Shown: positions 25,557-39,102 of the stretch, in pieces | How the letters are laid out: each line of letters opens with the position of its first letter | Numbering within the stretch: the stretch's first letter is position 1 | From: Somniosus microcephalus | Lineage: Eukaryota | NCBI GenBank assembly: GCA_052327205.1 | Contig: CM126212.1 | Coordinates: forward strand, 205,902,001-205,966,000 | DNA length: 64,000 bases | Direction: 5' to 3' | Translations under genes and position numbers: made by a program | The notes under the pieces: model-generated | Seen by the model: the letters and a program-made list of their open reading frames with translations, nothing else | Database searches by the model: none | What the model was told of the DNA's origin: nothing

Positions 25557-26823
25557 TTAGCAAAGTAAGCCATTTTTGAAGTCATTTTCAAACCATCAGT
25601 GTAGTGACTCATCATCTTGTCCTCAATTCTCATTTTTGGTGGATATTAAAGTTGACAACAGAAACCTTTCATGAGATGATATCCAACTCTCCTTCAGACT
25701 GAGCCTTCATGAATGGGATATGTGATCAATTATCAGAACTGCCCTGACTTGGGACGGTGTAGATGGAGGCGCATTCAATTTAATTTTTCTGCCTCAGCAG
25801 CCTAATACCTATTTGGGACTGGAGTAGTCATTCTTGTTACAAGCACAAATGGGACTGACCCTAATATATTGGAGAGATGAATTCTCATTAATGTTTGGAG
25901 CCAATGTAAAATGAAAAACATGTAGGCCCACTTTAATTTTAAGTTTGTTTAATTCCCTGCATGCATGAAAGATCCTCTGTGTCAAGACTGGGTAACATGA
26001 GAATTTGACTCTTCTCGCTCTGGCAGGTCTTTTACTTAAGGCAACTTTCCCCTCCCCCTCCTCATGTCCACCCCTAACAGACTTGGTGAATCTTGTTATT
26101 ATCTGACCCTTCTGCTTTCACTCACTTTTTTCCCAGATCCCTTGTCGAAAAAAAAAATACCTCCTGTGAAAGGGAATATATCTAGTACATAAATTGTACT
26201 TAAAAACATTAAGCAAGGGGCTTGGGTTGACCTGTGCAGTGTGGGTTTCTTGTTTGTCGGCTGGGTCCATTTTCTCATTTTCACAGTTCAGTTGAAAACA
26301 AAGGCCTCCTTATCCTTTCACTGAGCTGTGTTCACAAGCGCTGACATCAGCCTTCCCCCAGCAGGCAAATGTGCTGCATTAAGAGTCTACAGGGGAGTTG
26401 GGAAGCTTGACAGAAATCCTTTCTCATGACATTTTATTGATCAGTTGCTTCGTATCTGTGTAGAAAGCGAATGCCAAGAGCAATAACAGTTGACACAATG
26501 CAGAAAATTATTGGTATGGATTTAACCCCAAAAAGTATTCATTTTCCATTGGCCAATTTTTTTTAAATACAAGTTGTTGTTGTTTACATAAAAAACCTTT
26601 TGAACTAAATATTGTATTGTACGGTCAGTAACTTGATTTGCATTTAGTGCAGTTCAGAGGCGATTAGGAAAATGTGCAGCTCGCTGATTCCCTGCGATTG
26701 CAAGGGACTTTTATGTTGAAATGGCTGCTGCCTGCCCAGCTTTTCATAAGATAGCCTGCCAAGATTCAGGGGCCCAGGACTTTCTTGTGGGAGGACGTTG
26801 GGCTGCCTTCATGCTTTTTGACA

Positions 26824-26837
26824 ATGATTAAAGTGAG
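26824..26837 (+). CDS. VGLL4: VGLL4 alternative first coding exon (MIKV-R), short isoform of about 211 aa
   Basis: ACA-ATG ATT AAA GTG AG|GTTAGT. Phase 2 joins exon 31697 to give MIKVRTKPVNGDF, matching the human short-isoform start MIKVRNKTANGD as I recall it. Confidence 0.8.
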
Positions 26838-29383
26838 GTTAGTACCAAAACCTTCCATTCTATTTTTTTTAAAACAGATGGTAGTTTCATGTTCAGCTGC
26901 AATTAATTTTAAAGTTTGAGTCAGTGTGTTCTGTCGAGGTAAAATGATTTGTTCAGCAGTAAGCACTGATCTCCCTGCTGTACCATTAGCTCACAAGCAG
27001 TGGTGATTGGAGAAGATACTGTTCTTGCCCCCTCCAGGTTCTAAGGCAGCAAGTTTGAGTCAGTGGAACTTGTATTTCCCCTGGAACCGCCAATAAACTC
27101 TTTAGAAAGATACCAAGTGGCCAGAGAAATTGACAATCCTCAGTACAAACTTTCTGTATGTTATTAAGCTCCTATGCCAAGTTACAAGCTTTGATTGACG
27201 ACAAACACACTCACACACCCACACCCACTAAGTTAAAGTCTCTACTTTTTGCTATATTTTGATGATTAAAGAAGAAAGCAGTCTGATGTCAATCTATTTT
27301 TAGCTAATACTGTAATATTACTAGAATAGGAAAATGTAATCTTCTAGTAAACATTTGTTTATTCAGTTTTAAGCAATCAGAAAAATATGCATAAAACCAT
27401 GAGAATTTAGATCAAAAGTTTTAATTACTAATGGACAAATTAACATTTTAAACTCCCAAGTGCAGAAATTGTCGATAAACATCTTACCTTTACATGTAAA
27501 CTCTATGGATAATGGTCCAGAATGTGAACCCTGACTGGGCCCCCTTTAGAGTTTGGCGGATTTGAAGGTCCTGGTGTGCGAGGAAGAATACTGTACAATG
27601 CAAAACTAGCAGATGCAGCACTGCTCCCGTTTAGCACCTTTTCAGAATGAGCAGCAACTCAGTAAATTAACACAGTTCCAGGACTGCTACTTAGAAAGTG
27701 TTCAAAATGTTCTTTTTCTACAAGTAGATAAATGTGTTTTATTTGAAGAGAACACAATTGCATTTTGTTTATTGGGACAATAGTGATTATCATGGGTAAA
27801 CAATACAAATTGTGTGTGAAGTGTTTTCGGTATTCCATGCTGAAACGTGCGTTATCCTATACCAGCTGTTCAATCGGCACTTGTGGGCACCCCCCCCCCC
27901 CCCCCCCCCCCCCCCCGGGTGACAGACTGTAGGAGTTGATGTTGTGGCGTGACGTGTTTGAAGAGACCATATTGATGGATGTGACACTAACATTCATGGA
28001 GTGAGGATCTGGTTTTATGATGGCAGCTTCTATCTCGAGGTGGGCCTGTTTTTCCTCATAGTAAGTGTTGAGATGCAGGTCTTATTGCCAGTTGTTTAGA
28101 AGAAGGAGTTAACTGGATGTTTCTTTGGACTGAATTATTTTGTCCTTTTAAATTTTTTTTGTGGTTTTTTTTTGGCGTTAATGTTAGAATCTTGTGCTAG
28201 TAGTGATTGTTTATTTATTTTTCTGTGTTGGTTGTGAAGCATTTTGGGAGATTTTCAGGAGGCGATAAATGCAAGTTCCTTGTATTGTCAGGTGAGTGTT
28301 GTGGATCTGAAGTACGATAGGTTTAATTTGGGAGGGGTAGGGTCGTGGTGTGGCGGGCAAGAAGAGGCTTAAGAAATCTTATTGGTCAGCTTGTTTTAAG
28401 TTTGTAGTGGGTTCATTTTTGAAATTGAAAGTAGTGATGATGCTCTCGCAGTGTTTTAGGGAGTCATTGCACTTTGTGATATGGTGTACACCGTGAACAT
28501 CCCAGGTTTGATCCATGATGTACCCTTCGAAGGATGCTAGCTGCTCGGGCAGTACCCCACCCAAGACCATTTTCATTGCAGTTCCCTCTCCACAATAAAT
28601 TGTTGCAAAGTAACTTTTTCTATATGGGATATTGACCAGCTAGAAGAAACGCGGATGTTAATGCAGTCCTGAGTTGGTGTTGGGCCAAAATGCTAATGGG
28701 TGACTCCCATCACGAGCGCACAAACCAGCCCTAAACCAGCGAGGGGGGCCCCCGTGTACATTCATCAATTCCCGGAACATCCATTTAGGCTTTTTCTCAT
28801 CCTCTTTTTGTAGAAAATGGCAGACAGGTTGACTGCACAGGGGGTTTGGTAATGCAAAACATCTGAACTGGAAAACTAAGGGGGGTGGGGGAATCTATGG
28901 GAAAGCAAAAAAATTGCAGGATGTAATTTTCAGGAAATACAGCGTGATGAAGGTATGTATCTATATTTTATAGATCACGACTGTTACAAGGTATTAACAC
29001 TCTGGAGGGGAGGTTGAATTACATCATAAATTACGAAAGCAAAGCTTGAGCACGCCACTCAACCCCATTATTACAGCATTGAACAGACTCCCAAACACAC
29101 TTCACTCACGTTTTTATAACATATACAGTTTAATGTTATTTGTCTTTCTATAGCTTTTGTTATTGGTGGCTTGCTGTTGGAGGTGGTGCCTTCCACAGTT
29201 GCTGCATTTTGGTTTGAGCATTTCTCTCTGGCTCTGCATCATGTGACAGGAGGAAGAAGCATTTTAATGCAACCCAACACTGGGGAATATTGAGGTCAGC
29301 TGATGGGGAGCAAGGATTTTACAGAGCGAGAATACCATGTTTAACACCTATGCCGTACAGCAACTAAAGATGCCATTCTAGTA

Positions 29384-29723
29384 CAGGAAACTTTGCGATA
29401 TCCGGCACCGACGGGACCAGCGTGATGCCGATCTATGAAAACTTCCGGACAGACCAGCACTAATGTTGAAGGATATGGAGGTTTTCATCTCCGTATCTGA
29501 CAACAAACGCTGTTGCTTAGCAACAGCTTGTAAACAGTTGGCCCGTACCTTGGAAGCATCTCTGTAGCTTAGCAACAGCTTCAGAGAGGCTTTCCAGAGA
29601 CTGACTGTTTTAAAAAAAAAAAAGGCTAGGAGAAGAAAAAAAACCTAACAAAACGGCTGCTGATTTCTGCCATTAGAACGAGGTTTCCGGCCATACAACC
29701 TCCGGATAAACCAAAGTTTCCTG
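29384..29723. mobile_element. Tc1/mariner (pogo/Tigger-like) MITE, copy 1
   Basis: TA|CAGGAAACTTTG...CAAAGTTTCCTG|TA; 340 bp. Confidence 0.85.
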
Positions 29724-31696
29724 TATATATACCATTTCACTAAATTTATTGAATTCTATGCTCCTTAATAGAAAATACTCTTTTATTCTCTTGGGAAGGG
29801 TAGTAGAGGAGGAGTAAAAATACTTGAGCTATTTATTAATATCTAGCATATAGCTGGCAGTTGTTAAATAGAAGGTTGTGTAGATTTGATTTATTTTTCT
29901 GGTTTAAATACAGCTCATGTAATTCAACAAAGCAGATACTGTCTCTGCAAGTTTGGTGGTTTTATGTGGAGCTTAAATAAGAGGTTAAGATGTAATGCAT
30001 GTTTGCCTGAGTATCGGACTACAAACCACACATCCTGTGTTCCCCTATGACACATATTGCTGAATATACTGTAATTAAAGAGGTTTTAACAAAAACAGTC
30101 GCAAAACCATTGAGCAATCGAAACTGAGGAAACTGATTTGAGCGCGAAAAACGTGTGTCTATGGAAACTGCACTGTTCAATTGAACATTAATATATTCAG
30201 CTGTGCAGGTGTTTTAATAATTAAAAACTCATTTAGAACAGCACAGCAATGAGCATCATTTGTGATGGGGAACAGCCCTTCAGTAAGTTTAACACTATGG
30301 ATACCTGGCTTACTTAGCAAAATGCCCCTTTATTAAGAAACACTGTAATCTGTTGCACCCTCCTTAAAGAAATGTCACAAAGACATGACCTACTTTTTCA
30401 TTCACAAACTGAATATAGTAATCAATTAACTGTACTTAATCCTTTTCTCTTATTTTGTTCAATTTGTGCTCTGGTTTTGGGCGATGCTGGCAAGACTACA
30501 TTTATTGCCCATCACTAGTTGCCTTCAAAAGCTGTGGCTCTTCTATTTCCCCCCCCCCCACCCCACCTCTCCTCCAGTAGCCTGCATTGGGAAAACTAAA
30601 TCGGAGGATTCAAATTTCAGTATTAACCAATTGATCTCCTCTGGTGTTGCTTATGGTAATGCAAGGCCTGGGAACACGGTGGCTAGAGACCGATTGGTTT
30701 GAGGGCAATATCGCAACAGTAGAAAATGGAGAGGAATAATTGGGCAAATTAAGAATTTTTCAGCACCTTTATATGTGTTTTAGTACTGATGAAAAGAGCA
30801 TCCCGGCAGATGAAATATGGGAAATCAACTTAACCCTAATTGCTTGCACACCCTATTTGTTCATATAACAGGAACTACAAGGTGCAGCTAGGTGTAAGAT
30901 GGCAGGTGTTTTCAACAGGTGCCAGTGATCCACGGGCTGTAGGTGTTGTAATCAGTTGTCAAAATGTTACAGGACAGGATCAATTATTTGCTTGGCAAAA
31001 TTCTGGAAAACGATTGCTAGCTATATATAATAAATACTGTGTCGTAGTAAGACGATTATCAAATATACATTTCTGGATACAAAACCGGGCTTGCTGGTTA
31101 CACAGAATTTGTAAAACGACTTGGTTTTTTAACAATTTATATTAAAAATAATTAAGTATCTGGATGGGCATATTGGAGTATGAGGAGTTGATTTAAATAA
31201 ACTTGTAAGTTAGAAAACGGGAAGGTGCGATCTTGATAACTGGTACCCCTTTGATTTCTATATTTCCAGAATTAGATTGGACAGAGTTCTTATTGTTATT
31301 TGACAGTCAAATGCTGGAAAATGCACAACTGTATGTGTAGTTGTAGTCCTTGTCTGGGGACCTGGGCTGCTAGGTTATTTGTATGTACATGAGTGTAGTC
31401 TACTAGTACATTCCTGTTATAATCAATTCATTGACTAACATTTGCCTGTTGCTGACTTTGTTTAGCTTTAGCATTACACTGAAATAGATTTCCTTTCCCC
31501 CCCACCCCCAATCATTAGTATCTTCCTTGGGCAGAATGATCCAAGTAGTCAATGTCTATAATACAAAACTCCACATGTCCTACCTGGTTCTGTTTCAGAG
31601 AAGTAATCGCGGGTTTGCTGCATGTACGCCAGGTTGAAGTAATTGTTTTCTAAAAATGTTGTGATTAGCGAATACTAACAGAATCCATTTATGCAG

Positions 31697-31913
31697 GACC
31701 AAACCTGTCAATGGGGATTTTCGTAAAGATCAACATAGAGAGCGAAGCCGTAGCCCAATAGAACGTGCTGCAGTGTCAACTATGAGCCATCTCAGCAAAC
31801 ATGCCTATGCTGGCATAGGACTACCAAGTATGTCAATGGAACAGCCTCTAGCACTGACCAAAAATAGCATGGATGCAACTAGGACAGTCAACATTGGTGT
31901 GGAACGACAGCAG
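31697..31913 (+). CDS. VGLL4: VGLL4 coding exon 3 (TKPVNGDFRKDQHRERSRSPIERAAV...MEQPLALTKNSMDATRTVNIGVERQQ)
   Basis: Acceptor ATGCAG|, donor CAG|GTATAA, 217 nt, phase 2 to 0. RERSRSPIER and EQPLALTKNS motifs. Confidence 0.96.
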
Positions 31914-32379
31914 GTATAAACACTGATCTTCTGGTTGGTTTCACATATTACAACATCTTCCTCTTCTACTGTTTTGAAACTCTTGAGTTAGAGGTCTGTT
32001 ATGCTCATGTACTGAGGTAGATGTGTGTGAATTGACTCATCTTTACTCTGTGGAAATGCCACCCCATATCCAGATTGTCTACGTGAGGAGGGCAACATCC
32101 CTTGTGGGAGAATCAGAAAACTGAACTGGTGTCCTGTCATTCAGTGGTCCATCGGATACATTTGCATGGATATTAATGAGATTTGTTACAACTGCTGTCG
32201 AGAATAATTGACTCACCTCATTAACTGTATCTCTATGCAACCTCTATTTTTCAATAAAATTATAAATAGTCACACACAAAGTCATTTGGCCCTTATGTTA
32301 CAACACTGCCACTAAAATAGAGCAATAGAAACCCATCTCTAGGTGACTTTCCCTCTGGAGACCATACCAACACCATAGT

Positions 32380-33140
32380 GTTGGTTTGGCTCGGTTGGTA
32401 GCACTCTCACCTCTGAGTCAGAAGGTTGCGGGTTCAAGTCCCATGCCAGGACATAACCTAGGCTGGTTCTTCAGTACAGTTTAAGGGTGTGCTGCATTGG
32501 CGGAGGTGCTGCCTGTTGGATGAGACATTAAACTGAGGTGCACAACCTGTTCAAATGGATTTAAAAATCCTATGCCACTTTTTTTGAAGAAGAACAGGGA
32601 GCTCTGTTGTTCTGGCCAACATTCATCCTGAGCCAATATCACCAAAAGCCGATTAACTAGTCCTCAAATCTTATTACAGGAAAGTTTCTGGTATCCGGCA
32701 CAGACGGGACCGACGTGTTGCCGGTTCATCAACAATTCCGGATAACCGAACGCTGTAGTAAAAGATACGGAGCTCAGAGCTCCGTATAAAGCAACAAACC
32801 CTAACAGCTTCAGAACAATCGGCACAAGTTGCAAGCGTCTCTGTAGCTTAGCAACAGCTTCAGCTACACCCTTGCACAGCAACAAATCAATTTAAAAAAA
32901 AAAAAAAAAAAAGTAACTAAAAGTAAAAAAAGTTACCTGAACCGACTCCTGAATTTTGCCGGTGGATAGAGCGTTCCGGTTATTATGGGGCCAGTTAATC
33001 GAAAGTTTCCTGCACTGTTTGTGGGATCTTGTGTGTAAATGATTTTCTACAAAAATATCAGTGACAAAAGTAACTCACTGATTGTAAAGTGCTTTAGGAC
33101 ATTGAGGTTGTGAAAGTTACTATATAAATGCAAGTTTTTT
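32380..33140 (+). mobile_element. Near full-length HE1-type tRNA-derived SINE interrupted by a MITE
   Basis: A box TGGCTCGGTTGG, B box GGTTCAAGTCC, tail TATATAAATGCAAGT. Split at 32677-33012. Confidence 0.8.
32677..33012. mobile_element. Tc1/mariner-type MITE, copy 2
   Basis: TA|CAGGAAAGTTTC...GAAAGTTTCCTG|CA; 336 bp; inverted relative to copy 5. Confidence 0.85.
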
Positions 33141-33719
33141 TCATAGCTGCTGGCAATCTATCCATCCAGCAATGTAGCCTGCTTATACAAGCCTTTCCCT
33201 AGTATTGGGGAAGGCGCACGGATAGAAATTAAAAGTGGGAATTTGTGACTTTCGAACAGTAGAGTTGTTTGTGTGTCGCTGCTGGTTTGTGGAATCTGTC
33301 CTGCAGTGTAAATGGGACAGATTCCACAGCATCAGCTTCCCCAGTATGTTAACAGAATTATTTCTATTAGAATTTGGCTATTTAAATGGTAATATAAAGG
33401 GAGGGGAATCCAAGCCATTTCATTTGAAACTTAAAGGTTTGCTTGTTTATGAAGCAAAAATTCTCACTGTTTACATTAAAACTGCAATGCGCTCTGTCAG
33501 TCGTGGTTACCTCACTCTGCATGTATGTGGAACGTGGGTGGAGTGGTGTCATTTTGGTGCATCATGATGCATGATTGACTACCACATTCAGTCCCAATGT
33601 AAGTACATAGTGAGTGACTTTAAATTGAATATTGTTGCATTTCCCCTCCTCCCGAACCACAGAATTTTCTGAGCACTGCTGAATTCAGGCATACAAAGTG
33701 ATTAGTTTTCCAAAACAAA

Positions 33720-34618
33720 TTAGTATTGAGGGAATGCTGCACTGAGAAGTGTTGTTAAACCGAGGCCCTGTCTGCGGTCTCCAGTGGACATAAAAGATCC
33801 CACAGCACTCTTCGAAGAGTAGGGGAGTTCTCCGGTGTCCTGGCCAGCAGTTATTCCTCAACCAACTTTACCAAATCATCTTCAAGCCACTTCTCTCATT
33901 GCTGTTTCTGGGACATTGGGGCAGACTTTGACCTGGGACGTTTTCATGCCCAGACTCTGCACTGCCCAGCAAGCTGGTGCCTGAATGAAGAGGGTCGATT
34001 GAAATTGATTCTCGGACCTCAATGGCTTACTTGGTGCAAGCTTCCGGCATTGGTTGTGCCGAGTAGTGGCCCTCGGGTAATTTCCGGGAAGCGAGGGGGA
34101 GGGGGCTTGGAGTGGGCCATGGGGGCGGGGTGATCACGAATCCTGCAGGGTTGGGTGAGCACGCCTGCTCCTCCCAACTCTTCAGGAACATTTTTTTAAT
34201 TAAAAAAAAATAAATGTCACTACCTACCTTTTTTAGTTTATGGTCGCTGGCGCTGCTGAAGATTCCTGAGTGGGGCAGGCTCATTGCCGACTAATTTCTG
34301 AACGAGGTTCTTCAACAGGCATTGGACTCCTTGGGGCTTGATGCCTGTTTCAGGTATCTGCCCAGAATGCCTAAAAAAGAGCCCCACAAATGTAGTAGTG
34401 AGATCAATGCCTGTGCAGATTGGGTACAGCTAGTACCATTGCTAAATTAGTATACTTTGGGCAAGGCACATACCACATTGTACCCACTTGTGTACAAATT
34501 GGCTGATGCGTTTCCCTACATGACAGCAATGACTACACTAAAAGTGCTTCATTGGTTCTGAATTGCTTAGGGACATACCGAGGTCCTGAAAGATGCTATA
34601 AATGCAAGTTTGTTCTTT
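33720..34618 (+). mobile_element. HE1-type SINE interrupted at about 33918-34487 by a GC-rich Harbinger-like insert
   Basis: The SINE body stops at GCTGTTTCTGGGACATT and resumes at TGTACAAATTGGCTG. The insert begins GGGGCAGACTTT; its right terminus is unclear. Confidence 0.6.
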
Positions 34619-35049
34619 AACATTTGATTGAACAAATCGGCACGCAAAATTAACATTGGTTTCCAACTATAAATGTAGCATAAGGCTTTAAAGAAAGCAT
34701 ATAGACTCAAGGGGGTGGGAGGGGTAAGTACCTATCAATAGGTCCCAGGTGGTAATTTGGGGAATTAAAAAAATCTAGTCATTGTTTGTGATGCCATTGA
34801 TGAGGTTTCTTTCTATGGCCTGGAACTCAGTCTCTAAGTGTGAAAAGAGAGACCAGTGGAAAAGAAAACTATCTACAGCCTATTCAGACCGACAGGTGCT
34901 GCTGGCATTAAAGTAAAAGGGTCGTTTTCAACCTTTTCTGGGAATTTATTTTTCCCCTAAGCTTCTGAAAGAAAGTGTTATCTACTAAAGCGAAAAAGTG
35001 GTATCATTGCAAAAATGTCCTTCATATACAACAACAGAAATAATTTCCT

Positions 35050-35470
35050 GTAAAGAACTTACATTTCTATAATTCTTTTCACATTCTCAGTACATCCCAA
35101 AACGCTTCACAATTATTGGATTACTGTTGAAGTGCAGTCCCTGCTAAGTAGGTAAATGAGGCAGATAGTGTGTGCACAGTAAGGTCCCACAAACAACAAT
35201 GAATGAATGACCATATAATCTGTGGTGTTGGTTCAGAGAGAAACGTTGGCCAGGACACCAGGAGACCTCCCCTGCTCCTCTTTAGGTTGTGCTGTGGCAT
35301 CTCTTAGATCCACCTGAGCTGGTAAATGGGAAGTCCTTGGGTTCAATGTCTCATCCGAAAGATTGCACCTCCATCCGAAAGATTGCACCTCCAACAGTGC
35401 GGCACACCCTGTCAGCCGAGCTTATGCACTTGAGTCTATAATGCGACAAAGTCAAAATTTTGTGAGGAGC
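35050..35470 (-). mobile_element. HE1-type SINE
   Basis: Reverse complement of the HE1 body (TGGCCAGGACACCAGGAGA...GGTTCAATGTCTCATCCGAAAGA...CCTCCAACAGTGC). Internal 20-bp tandem duplication at about 35353-35393. Confidence 0.7.
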
Positions 35471-35931
35471 CAAGTTGTCACTTGCCAAAAAACACAGCAA
35501 GAATATAGCATACAGATTCTTGAGAATGCCCAACCCAGGCAAACACAAGTCTGACCATGGGGACTACTGGGACCTCTCTGCGGAACCCAGTTTTGAGCTA
35601 CAAATGGAACTTGCTGATCCTGCATCACCCCAGTGTATTTGCCAGAATCAGATGGATGAATACTGGACTGTACAAAGCAGTCCTGCTAATGATAAATAAC
35701 AAATGGATTTGTTTAAAAAACAAATTACATACAACTAATGCCGAGGTCAATATTTACATTGATACTAAAGCTGCCCCTTTATAAACTTGGACTACAATAC
35801 ATTACAATGCAATGCATTCAGGGCTTCAAATTTTCCTGTAATTAAATGTTCATATTAGCTATTATTGCTAAGTATTTGGTCTTTGGCTGATTATTGGAAT
35901 AGTACTAATGCACTGTTTTTTGTCCATTCAG

Positions 35932-36055
35932 AATCGCCCCTCAGTAATTACATGTGCATCTGGTAACAATCGTAACTGCAACCTTTCCCATTGCCCTATT
36001 GCTCACAGTGGTTGTGTTCCAGCAATGCCCCCAAGCTACAGGAGACCCTCAAATC
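35932..36055 (+). CDS. VGLL4: VGLL4 coding exon 4 (NRPSVITCASGNNRNCNLSHCPIAHSGCVPAMPPSYRRPSN)
   Basis: Acceptor CCATTCAG|, donor |GTAAGT, 124 nt, phase 0 to 1. NRPSVITCA and NCNLSHCPIAHSGC motifs. Confidence 0.97.
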
Positions 36056-36887
36056 GTAAGTCGCATTTCAGTGATGTTTATGCAAGCATTCTAACTCAAT
36101 CCAGTCATGCCCTTAGGCCCTGTGTTTTTATTTTTAAAAATACAGTACTTGCCATCTGTGCAGCTTTCCCTTGATCATGTCAGCACTTGCTCGTCAAGTA
36201 AAGGGGCCTCACATGAACAGAAGTGAACCAAGTTTTTTTTTGAGCTAAACTTTCTAAGTTTTGCATTACTAAGTTGGTATAGATCTCTTATGTTTGGCTC
36301 GGTTCACAAAACCTTTCTGCACTTCTCTATGAAATCTAGTGGTTACTGTATGTAGGGAATGCAGCTTGATACGCGTTACATGGCAAACTCGGATTCTGAA
36401 TAGACCCAACAACTGGCGACAATATGGGATTGTAGTGCCAAGTGCATGTGAATTAACAAAGCGGGCCCATTGCAACTGGGCTTCAACTGAAGCCAATGTA
36501 GGTCATGAGAAAAGATCTTTCATATTTCTCCTGTGGCTTTCAGTTTGCACTGTTGTTTCAACACACCCACTGAAGAAATAAAATGGTGCTCTCATCGAAA
36601 TTGAAGTACAATTTAAAACATTATCAGGAAATCATTTTTCTACTAAGTGCTTCCACCCTTGTGAAGAAAATGTTAACTGCTTGTTTCACGTATAGTTTTT
36701 CAAATTGGCAACTTGTACTGGTGAGTGCCACTAATTGTATGCAGCTGTTAATTACAGAAAAAGGAGGCAAATGCCATCCTATCGCACAGACTGACTGTAT
36801 CCAGTTACCTGGAACATGGTGCTACTGTAGCAATGATCAAATGCCTTGTAACGTCACTAGTATGAATAGCACCTGCTTCCTCCCCCC

Positions 36888-36921
<34 letters not shown>

Positions 36922-37316
36922 TCATAGCTGGTGAAAGAGGGAAATGCCTTCTCTCTCAATGTTGCTGGCACTGTACATTTCTCATTTGGAGTCACACACT
37001 CTAAGAACCACCCCCACCCCACAAAGTGTCTCCTTTTATACTCGGCCACAATCACCACTTCTTCCTTTTCCCTCCCCTCTCATTCTATTGCATGTGTCCT
37101 TCTCCCATTTCAGTTTTCCCTTTTCCAATTCATTGTGTAATATCTTCGGTCTAAGAACCTAATTTTTAATAGGTGGGTGGGCAATTTGAACATTTTACTG
37201 CTTTTGCCATGGGCTCCTCTAAATCTAATTTATATTTTGGGTTTCTCACTGATTTTACCTGATTTTGCATTCGAAGAAAGGGATCCTGTCGACATAATCT
37301 GGGTAAATGCAAGATA

Positions 37317-37652
37317 CAGGAAACTCTCGATTTACCGGCACCTAAATAACCGGAAATCTCTGTTAACCGGCAAAATTCAGGAGTAGGTTCAAGTAAGTTT
37401 TACTTCATATTAGTGGCCGTTCCTGGATCTGTGGCTGTGTAACAGGGTTCCTGCACCTGTTGCTAAGCAACAGGGATGCCTGGATCTTGTGGCCAGGGTT
37501 CCTGCACCTGTTGCTAAGCAACAGGGAAGCCTGGATCTGTTGCTGTGTACGGGGCACTCATACCTTTTATTATATCTCTCTGTAATCCGGACTTTTTGAT
37601 AAACCGGCACCACGCCGGTCCCGTTGGTGCCGGATAAAAAAAGAGTTTCCTG
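37317..37652. mobile_element. Tc1/mariner-type MITE, copy 3, with an internal tandem repeat
   Basis: TA|CAGGAAACTCT...AGAGTTTCCTG|TA; 336 bp. Confidence 0.85.
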
Positions 37653-38776
37653 TACTTGTTCCCGATTAGGATAAAGGTTACTTGAGATTTAATTAAGAAA
37701 ACAACTGGTTGTTTATTACAAGAACATTGAATTGTTAACTTGGAGTGATCGCAGCAAAACAGGCGGTGGTTATATTCCATAAAACCCAGAGTTATGGGAC
37801 AGACTACCATCAATCTACAACGGCAAAAAACACAGCAGTCATGTTCTACACATACTTGATACAGGTAACTCTTCCCGCAGTCAGCTTTCAACCTAGCTTC
37901 TCCATTTCAATTTTTCTGACATAAAGCTGGTGCTGGTGGAGTTGCAGGCCAAAGTATAAAAGTGTTTGGGTTGGATCCAAAACAAACTTCTGTTCTAGTT
38001 CCATCAGCAGTTTACTTCAGCTTCAACCAGAAAATCTGGATAAATGAGGAAATCCTGATCTTACTGGTGCTGAGTTGTGTCCGGTGTGCAGACTTTAAAC
38101 CTTCTCACAGATGAGGCAAGGCAAATTGGTCATTTAAAAAAAAAAAAAAAAAAAAAATCCCGTCTGGTACAGTTATGATAAATATTATTAAATACCATTT
38201 CTTTGAGAATTAAAGCTCATAAATGGCTTTACAAAATAAGATGCTGTGAAGGAAGTTAAATGGTCCGTGCCATTTATAACATTGTCAGAATATCTTGCCT
38301 TTTATTGCACTAAGGGAACTAGAACCCCTTTTAACAATTTTCTAATTTTATAAATAATAAATATGTAATATATATAAAATAGTGTATTCCTGTTAATTTT
38401 AAATTTCTTTATAAAAGTTTTGAATTGTCTAGTAATTTGAATGAGGTGACTGAGTTAAGCATGGACAGTATATATTTAACTTTTTATATATACTAGTTGT
38501 TGTCCTGTGATGCTGCACACAAGGAATCAAGACCAAGTGTAGTCTCCAGGCGAAGCGGCCATTCAAGGGTGTCAGATAATTGGAAAAGGGCATGTAGACT
38601 TAATTCCGTCCTCATTTTAAACTCCCATGTTTTGACCTTCAATTTTATATTTCCAATGGTATATATATATGTAAACCTGTCACCCTACATCCTCCTGTCA
38701 CTGGTGATGCTGCAGTGTCTCCATTGGTAGAAGAGTGTAATTACAGTATAGCAAGCTTACAATACAGTTTCCACTA

Positions 38777-39102
38777 CAGGAAACTCTCTGGTATCCGGCA
38801 CCGACGGGACCGGGATGGTGCTGGTTGACCAAAAATTCCGGATGACGGAGAGGGTTATCTACTGAGGCTATTTTTAACAAACAAAGAGTCCGACTCCTGT
38901 TATTGAGGTGTTCGGACTTCTGACAGCGCCAAGAAGCCGAGTAGTGGCAGTTTGGAGAACTACCCCCACTGACTAACTCGGCCACCGCTGGAGACTCGGA
39001 CACGGCAACATTTCCGGTTATTGAGGTGTTTTCGGAGTATGAATTTTGCCGGTGAATAGAGAATTCCGGATATTTAGGTGCAGTTTAAACGAGAGTTTCC
39101 TG
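38777..39102. mobile_element. Tc1/mariner-type MITE, copy 4, with a different interior
   Basis: TA|CAGGAAACTCTC...GAGAGTTTCCTG|TA; 326 bp. Confidence 0.85.

Noticed and set aside
27889-27916. Long poly-C/G tracts (also near 2960, 12475, 13816, 23445, 36882) as functional G-quadruplexes
   Set aside because: Simple homopolymers of uncertain assembled length with no supporting context.
29337-29381. ATG in a good Kozak context giving MFNTYAVQQLKMPF as another alternative first exon
   Set aside because: It ends in TAG, and splicing at the adjacent GT to exon 3 would also create TAG.
32385-32445. tRNA gene
   Set aside because: The A and B boxes are the head of an HE1-type SINE; there is no complete cloverleaf.
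37420-37550. CRISPR-like repeat array
   Set aside because: Vertebrate DNA; only about two units, with no unique spacers, inside a MITE.
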